Source of the DNA: Geosiphon pyriformis uo1
Taxonomy: Eukaryota; Fungi; Glomeromycota
Direction: 5' to 3'
Length of the DNA stretch: 34,299 nucleotides
NCBI GenBank assembly: GCA_016748015.1
Contig: JAAOMT010000597.1
Location: 747,460 to 781,758, forward strand
The stretch's first letter is position 1; each line of letters starts with the position of its first letter. Below the pieces are notes generated by a model that saw only the letters and a program-made list of their open reading frames with translations, was not told where the DNA came from and made no database searches. Below, in pieces: positions 23,017 through 34,299 of this stretch. The position numbers and the translations under genes are program-made.

Positions 23017-24852
23017 TAAATCTGGATGCTGTATTTTAAGGTATAGAGGGAAGAAATCGAAAAGGTTGATGGGTTGAATATTAATATCATTAAAAATAAT
23101 TATGTTTGAATGCCGTTAATATAGGTGACATCTATGTGTTATCTCATAGTGAATAGCAGTGAAATTAGAATTAAAAACTCACGTTCACAATCAAAATATC
23201 CATGCTTCTATTTTCTTTTCCTTCTGCTGTCAATCTTTTTGCAGGTTTTTTGCTTTCACACTGAGGAGTTTATAAAAATATTCCAGATTTTATCGAGTTT
23301 GCTTAAACTCTTTTATTCTTTTAAATCTTCTGGTTTACAAGTTCTCTTTTGTCACTTTTACGCTTTTTCTTTTGTCGAAAGTTCAATAATAATAAAAAAT
23401 ACATAAATTTCAAACCAGGGCTGAAACATGGAGTATGCTATATATGATTGTATAAAAGCCGTAGCACATTCGGAAAAGGAAAGGGCACCTGTTACTCCCT
23501 AATACTATTAAGAATAACAATAAAATGATAGTATAATATTGTACTGATATTTGATCGTCTGTATACAACTAAAGGTCAAATGACCCCTGGAATAATTCAA
23601 GATGCATTTTTTATAAACACGACTCGTCACGATTGACAATGAGATTTGGGTTAATAAAGGATATCTTGTACTCTATTATTGTAAAAAGTAAAGGATATAT
23701 GAAGAAACAAAAACGTTTTTTACATCCCAACAAAGAAAATGCTCTAGTCAAGTCGGATTTTTTGTGGTACGAGAATCAAAAAAAGCTTTGACGTTTGGCA
23801 AAACTGGCGGGAATTTCGGAGTGGTTAGAATCATTCCATGAGAAACGATGCTAAGCAATTCCGGAATAGTATGAAAAGAACGAAGTCAAAAGATTCCTTT
23901 CGTGTATTTCCTAATTAAAATCGACTATTTTAAAAACAGAAATCGAAGATTATGTCATTCTCTTGAGATTTCTTGTATTTGGTTGTGGGTCTTTTATTTT
24001 TGGTTGTCCGATTTGGAGCTCAATGGTTTAACTTCGGTAATTAGGATTTCCAATGCTGAATTATTTTGACATGCTGAAAATCATGAATGAATAAAATATT
24101 CTACAGTGACCAACATTTCTCATGGCATGTGTGAAATAATAGCTTGTGAGCTAAACATTGTTCAAAAATTTGGCGATCAAACGTTTTAAGCAAAGATGTG
24201 CGTGATACATAACAAAAAGTAAACCTTAATATTAAGGGTAAATATAAAATCACAAAATATTTTGATAAAATAATTTCAATAAACAATGAGAAAAAGCTTT
24301 CAATCAGATATAATTTGACATCATAATAATAGAAAAATCATCATAAATATAAATACTCCATAAGATAAAAAAACATTGAATATTTTAAATTCTTTTATAT
24401 TAAGAGAAAATAATAATAATAATTATAAATAAAATAAGTGAAATAAAAATAAAAATAAATAAAGAATTTCTGTTTTTTCAAAGACAACAATTAAATATTA
24501 AGGTGTTATTTAAATAATTATAAAAGATAAGGTAAAAGGGGGTGGCAAAATTAGCAAAATAAATCTGCGTGTGTGAAAGTATGCCGTTTTCTCACTTGTA
24601 AAAATGGGATTTTATACTCTTTTATCACAACCCATCACAAATTAAACTTCGCCACAATATTTTTAATTTTTACGCTATATTCTAAATAATATTTTTATTT
24701 GTGAACGGTTTTTATAAAATCTTAATAATTCTAGAATGTATTTTCGCGATAAATTTTTTAAAAAGTCAGACTTAATTAAAATAGAAGCTTTTAAATTTCT
24801 CTTAAACAGTTTATAGATATTTTGAAAAACGTGACAGATTAGATGTGAAATT

Positions 24853-25674
24853 ATTTTTCAAAAATTTCAAATTGGAATAAATTTCGTTGAATAGATTTTG
24901 TTGAGAGCGATTTAAAGCACCTAAAGGACGTTCTCGAGTTCATTGATTAAAAGGATTCTCAATTGCAAGAGATGTGGTTGAAATCTGAATTAATTGAGTG
25001 CACATTGCTTCTTGTTGATGTGGAGCCAAAAGTTGATATGTTGGATTTACTTCTTCAAGCAATGGATCCAAACTTGGAATAACTGTTGGAATATTAGCTT
25101 CAGGATTAATCATTGTAAAAATACGATTTGTATTTACTAGATTCCAAAACTAGTATAGATGAACGATTAGCAAGCTCTATTTTTCGAAGATGTGCCTGTT
25201 CATTATAAATAGTCTTTGAAATTGCATGTTGTTCAAGATCTTCCTGTCGTAATGCTGTTAAAATTGCCTTTGGTACAATGCCTCCACTTAACATTTGTGA
25301 AACTAATACTTTCTATTTGGATTTAAGTCGTCGAGCAGCAGGATGTCCAGCAATATTATCAGATGGCTCATGATTATGTTCAGCATTGTGAATTGTTAAA
25401 TACCAGCATTCATCAACTTTGAGTAATCATCCATATATATAGTAAAAGGGCAGTTTGTTAATCGAGTTGCTGTTTTTCGTTGTCGATCTTCTAATACAAG
25501 TCTTTTAGAAGCATTATATTCATTTCCCCGATTACATTTGAAGGTAATATGAGTACCATTAGCAGCAGAGCATCATTTTGTAACTACATATCCTTGGGAG
25601 TATGTAAAGGTGTTAAAACATTGTATTATCATCTCACAAGAGCTATATGATGTTTCTGGAGGTGGTAACATCAT
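24853..25674 (-). mobile_element. Mutator-like (MULE) transposase pseudogene with FAR1/WRKY-type N-terminal domain, internally deleted
   Basis: From ATG 25674: MMLPPPETSYSS...SQGYVVTK*...FKCNRG...RKTATRLTNCPF...WYLTIHNAEHNHEPS...HPAARRL...KTIYNE. Stops at 25573, 25427 and 25313 and a +2 (TA) frameshift at about 25433-25441. The C-terminal TRERPLGA (TRGRPxGA-like) and IQRNLFQFE (TxRDPSxFE-like) motifs follow with no DDE core in between. Confidence 0.85.
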
Positions 25675-25869
25675 ATGAATATAATCTGTAATTTTATAAA
25701 AAGATTTAATTACTTGTAAAATCAAAAGAAAACTTATTAAGTTTATTCTAGAGCTCTTTGATTATAAACTCGTTAACATGTTCCTATATATAGTTGAATA
25801 CGAAACTATGACGTAAATGATATCACATGTTGCGGGTGGGTCGATTTAGCAATTCCCTTATTTTATAAT

Positions 25870-27560
25870 ATAAAAATGTAAAATTAATTCAGAAATGGCA
25901 AAAATCGGTTACACAATTTATAAATATGGTACTTGATTTATTTCTATATATTTATTTTAAATGTTAAAAAACAAATAATATTTTATAATTATAGTTACAA
26001 AAATGTAAATTAAAAATTTAAAATGAAAATTTAAAAAATTTACAAAAGCAAATATTAAATTTTGGAAAAGTCTTAAAAATTTTATTAATTTATTATTTTT
26101 TGATTTAAACTTAAAATTCTTCAAGTATAAATTAAATTTTAAAAGCTTTTTATCAAAATTTTTATGTTAACATTTAAATAAAAACTATTAAATTATAAAA
26201 AATAGATATTAAAATTACAATTTAATAATAATATTATTATTACAAAGTAAAAGTCTTATTAAAGTAAACTAATAAAGATTAATCTAAAAACAAAATAACA
26301 AAATTAAAAATAAGTAAAGTAAAAAAAGAATTAATTAATATTAATTAAATTAAAATGGTTCGCTAATAATAAAGCAATTATATATAATTAATTAAGAAAA
26401 TAATCATGTGTAATTAATTAAGGAAATAATTAAAAGTATAATGTTAATTAATTATAAAAAGAATAAATTACAAAGTAATTAATAAGACATATTTTATTTA
26501 TTTGACAAATAAAAAATTTCAACAACCAATCTTTAAAAATAACATTTGAAATTAAGAAATAGTAACAAATAATATTAATTACAACAAAATAAATAAATAA
26601 TAATAAAAATTTTAAATTTTTACTATGTTATTATATTAATATTAATATTTGTATTTAATTATTTTAAATATTTTATTAGTCATATAACATTTAAAAGTAA
26701 ATTGTAAATATATTATATTAGCTCATTAAGTTATGTAATAATTAAATATTAAATTGTTTCTACTTATTGTAGTGTTATTTTAATATTACTTATTTACATC
26801 ATATTATTTAATTTCTTTATTTTTAAATTTTGTTGTTAAATTGATTATAATTGTTAGCTCTTTTTTATTAATATATAAACAAAAAATTTTAAAACTTTAA
26901 AAACATTTTATAAATTATTAATTCTTAATTAATTATATTTCAGTTAAAAATTTACAAGACTTTTCTTAAATCGATTTACCTTTTTTTTATTTGTATTGAT
27001 TAAAATTAACTTGAAAAATAAAAAATTTGCCTTTATAACTTATCTAAATAAACAAATTTAATATTATCTAACAAAATTTAATTTTAACAGTTCTTATACT
27101 TAAAACAAAAATTAAACGTAAAACAAAAGTTTATATTTTTATAGGTTTTTTTAATAAAACAAAATATAATACTTACAAATTAACAAATTAGTTTTTTGCT
27201 TTAAGATGAAAAACAAAGAAGACTTCAAATATTTTTTTAGTATATATAACTGTTTTATAAATAATGGTTTGCATTAAGCTAAAAATAGATAAAACAAAAA
27301 TTAAATATTTCGATTTTATTATTGTTTATTATAAATGATTATTAAAACTATTTTAACAACATTTAATTGTATATAGAGATTAACATAAATATAAGATGAA
27401 AAATTTACTTTTTTTTGTTTTTTATACATAACATAAAACAATATATTAGTGTAAAATTATTATATATAAAACTTTTTCATTTTTTATCAATTTAAATCAA
27501 ATCAAATACAACTAAAAGTCTATCTAATAGGATTTGTTTTCAATATTTTCAAAGCAGATT
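25870..27560. repeat. Extreme-AT block, probable decayed repeat
   Basis: No ORFs, very low GC, and the same dinucleotide bias as 11500-18850. Confidence 0.45.
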
Positions 27561-27599
27561 TAATTTGCAGTTTTGTTTTTAATTCACATTAGAAATAAT

Positions 27600-28310
27600 T
27601 CTGTTGACCAAGGAATTAACAACCAAAAAGTAACTCTTACTCGAATGAGAGTAAATTTTCTGTTCTAAAATTAAACAAAATTACTAAGCTACGGGTAAAT
27701 ATTTCATATATATAAAAAAACTACCAATTACTATGTCAATGTTCACACAAGTTTAAAAGCAGAAACCTGTTAAATAAAACAGATTTCGTTTTAGTAATAA
27801 CTGAAAAAACTTTATTTTTGGATTAAACAGCATTTCAACTGTTCCCAGACGCAATAGAACGTAGTAAAAGAAAAAATGGCCAATTCTTCAAAAACAAAAA
27901 GATCATACAAAAATTTTTGCATGAGTGTTTTTGTATGGAGAAAAATCAGCTTATTTATTTTCGACCTATCATAGATATTAAGTTTTATATAGACATTTTG
28001 CAACAGCATTTTGAAGTTAATGGAGTACTTTGGAAGAAGTGGTACTTTCAATAAAATAACGATCCCAAGCATATAAGCCAAGTAGTTAAGACATTTTTTG
28101 CAGAAAAGTTATTGACTGGTTGTTGTGTAGTCTAGATTTAAATCCTAGTGAAGATCTGAAAGCAATTTTTAAAAGTAAAGTAGAAAACAAATGTAAGATA
28201 TGGTTAAGGAATGAAATTCTTTGCCAAAACAATGCTAATCAATTTAATAAATTCAATGTTGTGGGTTGGGAGTTGATTATCCAGTGTAAAGATGAAAAAA
28301 TTGCATAATA
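27600..28310 (+). mobile_element. Tc1/mariner (DDE_3) transposase pseudogene
   Basis: Motifs in the expected order: KTLFLD*TAFQLF (~27806-27844; FSDE), KIFA* (W of the WG motif), KFYIDILQQH, WYFQ*NNDPKHIS (~28040-28078; QDNDPKH) and VIDWLLCSLDLNPSEDLKAIFKSKVE (~28108-28185; WPxxSPDLNPIExxW). Multiple stops and frameshifts. Confidence 0.9.
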
Positions 28311-28429
28311 AATTTTTTATTAATAAAATCAATGACTTTTGGCATTTGTAACAATATACAGGTATTAATTGTACGGTTCCGTGGAACTGTCACATACTGT
28401 ATTCCAGAATATTTCTTTTTAAAAAATGT

Positions 28430-30700
28430 CTACATATGTAAATTAATTATTACTTTTTGAAAATAATATGTTTAATAATTTTTATTAAGTCATTGCTTAT
28501 TATATAAATTTTTAATTTAAAGCAAAATAATAAATAGCTTTCAATATTTACTTACAAAATTATTACAATTATTATTTTTATATAATAAAAAATTATAATG
28601 TTTAAACATTAATAAGTTGTGGAAAATTTCTTTTTTTCTTAATTTTTATAATTGTGACCAGAGTAAAAGTAAAAAAAAAACAAGCATTACTTTTATAGTA
28701 TTTAAAAAAGCAACAATCCAAAAAGCTTTTTTTAGCTGTAAAAGCATTCTCTTTAAACAACAATAATAAAATATTAAATTCTAAACCAGTTTTAAATAAT
28801 AATATTCTTCTTAATATGGATTTTAGCAGCAACAATACATTTATCAAAATAAATACTAATTAAAATTTAGTTATATTGCTTAATGTAATTGTCTTAATAT
28901 AGATTTTATTTAATTATTAATTGGTTTTATCTAATCCAAAAATTTGGTTAAAGCAGTATCTTTTTTTTATAACTATTATATTTTCTAATTAGATTTGATT
29001 ACTTAGAAATTAATATTAACTGTCAAAAATTTTCTGAGTAAGTGTCTTTGCTAAAATTAAAATATCTTACATAAAAACTATATTTTAGTTACTATATAAT
29101 TTATTTATTTCAAATTGGCTATTAAAAACAATATTAAGTTATTTTGTGTAGAATTAGGATTTCAAAAAATCTTAAATGTTATTAAAATCAAGCTTGTTAA
29201 ATTCTTTTTTTATTATATTAAAAATTGCAAAATTTGTTGTTACTTCTAATTTTATTATCAATTTTGTTGTTATTGTATTTTATAATGTTTTATTTGACAC
29301 CAAAACTAAAAATTTTCATCTTTTTTCTATCAAAAAAACTATCAAACAATGCAAATATTATTGAAATTAAACTTATAACCATTTAGCTTAACTCATTATT
29401 TCTGTTACAAAAATTAATTAATTATTCAAATTTTAATCAATTTTGTTTGATATGTTTATTTTGGCTTGAATAATTATATTCATTTTTTAAATTAAGCTCC
29501 AAATTAAATCATGTAATGTTTTTAATATAAATTTGATTTCACTTTTGTGTTATCTTTATCAAATTCTGTTTAAATTGAAAAAATTATTTTTTTTATTTAA
29601 GTGTTCAAATAGTTTTACAAATTTTTAATTAAATTAAAAGTAAAACTTTGAGCTATTTAATTCAGAATTATAATATTATACAATACATTTATTAAGTTGT
29701 ATAAAAAAATATAAATGAAACACCATTTTATTAAAGATAATATCGAAATATTGAAATATTATGCCAAAAATCAATTACAAAACTTAAATTAATTAGAAAT
29801 AAATCTTATTATAGATTAAGCACATTTAATTATTATAAGTTTCACTGATTCTTTGCCATACTTATAAATAATTATTTAACTTATAAAAATAAATTTCGGC
29901 TTATTTGGATAGATTAAAATGATAAACTAATAAATAACAAGAAACAAAAAATTAAGAACAATATGAAATAAAATAAAAATTGCAATGGTCAGTTCAGATT
30001 AATTCAACAATTTAAATTTTATTAATAAAGCCACAAAAGCCATGAGTATTGAAAAATGTTTCACTATTGAAACAATAGTTCATACTTATAGTTATTTTTT
30101 ATTATAATAAATAATATTTTTTATTTCATAGATCACGCTGAAAAAACATAAAATTTTTATTTACACATAACTAATTTTTTTCATAATTTGATATCTTTGG
30201 CTAAAAATAATATGCTATTATAAACATATTTTCAAAAATTAAATAGCTGATTCATATAAGATTTGTGACATTTTAACATGGTAAAAAGTAAAAAGTAAAA
30301 AGTAAAAATGTTTTTATTTATTTAAATTATTATTTAAGATTAAAATACTTATTAATTATAAAATTATATTGCCAACTAAAAAAAATAGCGTAAAATTATT
30401 TAAACTCTATATTTTTCAAATATAATTGTAAGGAATATTTTGTGTGTAACATTATATATTCATTTTGTCGAGTTTTTTACTCATAGAAATGAAATTAATA
30501 ATTTCTTTCAAGTATTAAAGAAAAAATTGAAAAACAAAACAAAAAATAAAATCTATAAAAGCATAATTTTTTTCAAATTTTTGATTAAATTGTTAATTCA
30601 ATCTAGTATTTATTAAGAAATGTAGAAAGTATGTTTTTTTAATTAAAGTTTTAAAACTTAAATATTCAAGTTTAAAAATAAAAATAACATAAATTTTATA
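28430..30700. repeat. Extreme-AT block, probable decayed repeat
   Basis: Very low GC and CpG-poor. Shares a ~42-bp block (28643-28684) with 17649-17690 in inverted orientation. Confidence 0.45.
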
Positions 30701-32559
30701 AATTTGTAGTTAAATCACTTATAGAGTATTATCCATCGGAAAAACAGCAAAAAGAATCATTAATAATTATTTTATACTATTTAAAGATTATATTACTACT
30801 TAGCCAAATATTATTTTATCGTAATTTATTTTAAATAAAAATTTAAGAATCAAATAAATTGCCAAAGTTCAAATGCTAAGAACCTTTGAAAGTTAATTAA
30901 ACTAATTTAAAAATATTTTTAGTTGGAATTTTTTAAATTTTATTTTAGCTTCAGATTCAGCTTTTAGATTTTAACTACATATTTAAACAATTGCAAATAA
31001 GCTTCTAGAAATGTAACAACACAAGAAAATTAAAACCATTTCTTAAGAAAGAATTACTAAAAATCCCAATATTTTGAAACAAAAACATACAAACATTATT
31101 ATTAGTTGAAAAAGACCATTTGGAAATTAACTTAGTATTTTAATTTCACAAATTACAATTCAAATTAATCTTCAAAACTTACACCTCTCGAAATTATCTG
31201 ATGCAATAAAGGTGTATTTCATTACTACATAATTAGTGAAAACACTAAGAAAAAAATTCTGTAATAGTAAGATTGGCCAAGTGTGGTCATATAGGCTTTA
31301 AACTTGAAATTCAGCAAATTTAATATATAAATTGTTGAAAAATTGGCATAAATTTTGTTAAAATACATAAGAAAAGATTTTTTTTTCGGAAAAAAGAGTC
31401 TATAGAACTAAAATTTTGATTAAATAATTTAGAAATTACTAGCACCCAAGTTATGCTCTACTATATCGGTTCAAGAAATATTTTATCCCTCTATTGCTTT
31501 GATCACTATAAGAGCTATCTCCTTTTGAATTTTCAAATATTGTCTATAAAAAATTCATTTACTTTTATTCATCTTCATAAGAATAGCTGACAAGTGTTTG
31601 ATTTCCCTTTCAGACCAATGGGTCGTGTTTCCAACTGGTTAACCTTTAAACATGAGAATAATCTCTTCATTTTTTATTATTACATCTACTAAATTCCAGT
31701 AAGAATCATGAAGCATATTTTAATTTGCAAGATCTTCCAAAGGCGGCATGAAAAGAAGCAAAAACTCAGTCCAGAATATTTTTAGTATCAATGAAACTTT
31801 CTGTGTGTATGAGAAAGGTTTTAAAAAATGTCAAATTCGATAGAATGAATGATTCTATTTATATTAGCCAAAAATAGAAATTTGATAGATTATTTTAGAG
31901 TCACATGGTAAGTTTTTCTCTCTGAATTAATGACCATCCAATTGGGTATTTGTAGATTTTCTAATGCAAATTAAGAATCAAAATATAATTAGAACATTGA
32001 TATAATTTTTTAGAATTAAAAATTTTAGTCTAATAGTTTCAATGATATTAAACCTCTTCTTAAAGTAAACATTTTAAGCTCTATTACTTTAGCCAAGTAA
32101 AAAAAAACCAGTAGATGAAAACATAATCTTACAATCACAAGAATTAATGACCAATAAATCATTATTATTGTTATATATGTACAATTTCATTAAATTTAAA
32201 AATTTAATTGTTTTACTGTACATTTTTTAAATATGAATTATTCTATGAATATTTTAATTTAAGCTTTAAAAATCTATTAAAAATTTGTTATAAAACACAA
32301 TATTAAATCTTTTTCAAGTAAATGAAAAATTTATTATTAATATATATTCCATATGAGTTTTTTAACTATGAAAACAGAAAACAATTCAAAAAAATTCAAA
32401 GATCATATTGTTATAGTTGAATCTTTTAGTTTTTAGTTATATCAATTATCTAATTATAATTAGTCACATGTATTAGCCACCATATTTTTTAGAATTTGTT
32501 GTTGATGTGATTATTGACTTGATCATTGACTAAATCATTAATGTAATTACTGATTATTG

Positions 32560-33013
32560 AAAAGCATCCACACTCAGATCAATTTATTCCAGACTAGAAT
32601 CACTCTCATTCAAATTCCTTAGCAAAATCAATACAACGATTTCAATTTTCGTTTTGCTATTTCTTTTCTCTTTTTTTTTCTTAATTTGTCTATTTTTAGC
32701 TTTTGTAAAGTATATTGAATAAATGTTTACTAAAAAGTACAAATAATACCTTTTATTGAATTATAAATGTGCCAATGTGAAGCATATACTTATAGTGGCT
32801 GTGTTATTTTTATTAACAGTATTGACTATGTCTCTATCTTCACATTCTCTTGTTATCTTTTGGAAAGAATAGCGACTGAGATATTTATGAGACTAATCTT
32901 GCACATTGAATCCCTACAAATTCAATTCGCTCATTAAGTTGAATTTACCCTTTGATCATTTTCTCATCATACAATATTTGTCCTCCCTTGTTATCCCATT
33001 AGCGTGTTACTCC
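32560..33013 (-). pseudogene. Possible degenerate spliced gene fragment
   Basis: After an acceptor-like ttgttacag the minus frame reads VGVTR*WDNKGGQILYDEKMIKG*IQLNERIEFVGIQCARLVS*. An intron-like ~50-nt GT..AG segment lies at about 32750-32701. GC is higher than in the flanks. Confidence 0.25.
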
Positions 33014-33596
33014 AACCTGTAACAATATGAAACTAATTATTTAAAATTAATTGTTATAAATGAAGCTTTAATTAACAATTTGTATTTAATAATTTTAATA
33101 ATAATAAATCTTGAAAAAATAGTTGAAATAAAATAAAATTTTTAAAAATGAATCAATGGTATATGATTATAATTAAAAATTTTATAGATAAAATTATTTT
33201 AGATTCGAATATTATTTAAATCATGGAAAATTAAATAAATATTAATAATGTTTTTTTTCATTTAAAATATGATACTAAAAGAGTTTAAAATTATATTTAT
33301 TTAAAATATTAAATTTGGTTTGTTTATTAAATACTAACATTTGCATTTTGAAAATGAAAACAATAATTTTTTTAATGAAAACGGTTTTTTTAAGCGTAAT
33401 CTATGATAAAATGTGTTTTCCTCTACATAGGACAAAGAAATTAATTAAAAAGATTAAACCGCAAACCTGAAAATTGGTCTATAAATTTTAATCTATATTA
33501 AAATTAACACATTTTATAATAGATAATTTACTAGCAACGCTAACAAGTGAGCTAAATCGATTTTTAAACAAGATGATCACTCCATTATATTTTCTC

Positions 33597-33600
<4 letters not shown>

Positions 33601-33631
<31 letters not shown>
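33601..33631. repeat. (TAA)10 microsatellite
   Basis: Perfect TAA run. Confidence 0.95.
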
Positions 33632-34299
33632 CTTCATTTTCAATTTATAAATTGTTTTGAGCAAGATTCTTAAGCATTTCTTTCTGCAAAATCTATATCA
33701 GTTATATATGCATTAAAAACTACTTCAACAAAGTATTTAGATCATATAATAGATATCATAAGCAACAATTACCTAAGTTAATTTCATCATTCAATTTAGT
33801 GTTAAACAAAGATTTCAAAGATAATGCAAAATGCTGTCATTGTTTATGATGAATGAATCCTTCAAAAATAGTTGGTACTCGTATATGTCCCTGAAATTGA
33901 GGCTGATGTATCAAACTCAATGTTTCCTAGTTAAAGTAAATGAGAATTTTTAAATTCGTCTAAAATTTCAATGATACATTTTGATAACGGCTCATTTCAT
34001 GATTTGCAAATAAGGTTTTCTGCAATCCGAGTTTGGAATGTCAGCTTTTGGAAAAATCTGAGTTTGGAATGTTAATAGAGAAGGAATATATGCATTGGAA
34101 GGTATATGCTCGATTAAAATAAAACCATTTAATAGAAAATTTTTATGCTCAATTTTGCATAAATATTATATGCTAGAAGTTTCGTCATCGCATGACAAAT
34201 TTCTGGCACTTGAATTAATAATTTGCGGCTAATTTAATAGAAGACAGATGACTGAATTTACACTCTTTTTAAAATAGAATTAATTGTTGGAATTCATGG

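Noticed and set aside
24536-25860. Possible MULE TIRs (aagggggtggcaaaatt vs the reverse complement of gatttagcaattccctt)
   Set aside because: Only about 12 of 17 bases match and there is no 9-bp TSD.
556-29364. Remaining 60-100 aa ORFs rich in F/L/I/K/N
   Set aside because: Their composition is that expected from random AT-rich DNA, or they are antisense to pseudogenes.
32461-32481. Fourth copy of the LINE tail block A (tagtcacatgta)
   Set aside because: Only about 11 bp match; block B and the A-tail are absent.
32508-32560. Short degenerate ~12-bp tandem (tgattattgact-like) as a CRISPR or functional array
   Set aside because: No spacers, few units, and a eukaryotic context.

Overview
Eukaryotic, very AT-rich, gene-poor window, most consistent with a repeat-rich fungal genome such as Glomeromycotina (inference from gene types and transposon style; not provable here). 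It has two intact intronless solenoid genes: a Sel1-like-repeat protein (6657-7901, +) and a 14-repeat TPR protein (21424-23016, -). The 3' end of a third gene lies at the left edge. The rest is largely decayed transposon sequence: a 5'-truncated LINE (C-terminal zinc knuckle plus 3' UTR), two further copies of that LINE's 3' tail (one with poly(A) and a 9-bp TSD), an internally deleted MULE transposase, a Tc1/mariner transposase pseudogene, several unidentified pseudogene-like islands and multi-kb blocks of extreme AT richness. Two signals stand out. (1) In the extreme-AT blocks the surviving cytosines mostly follow a purine: TpC, CpC and CpG are depleted while CpA is kept, unlike classical RIP. 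(2) A conserved, probably structured ~100-nt 3'-terminal RNA element is shared by three retro-insertions. No rRNA, tRNA or CRISPR array was seen. All alignments and counts were done by hand on small samples.
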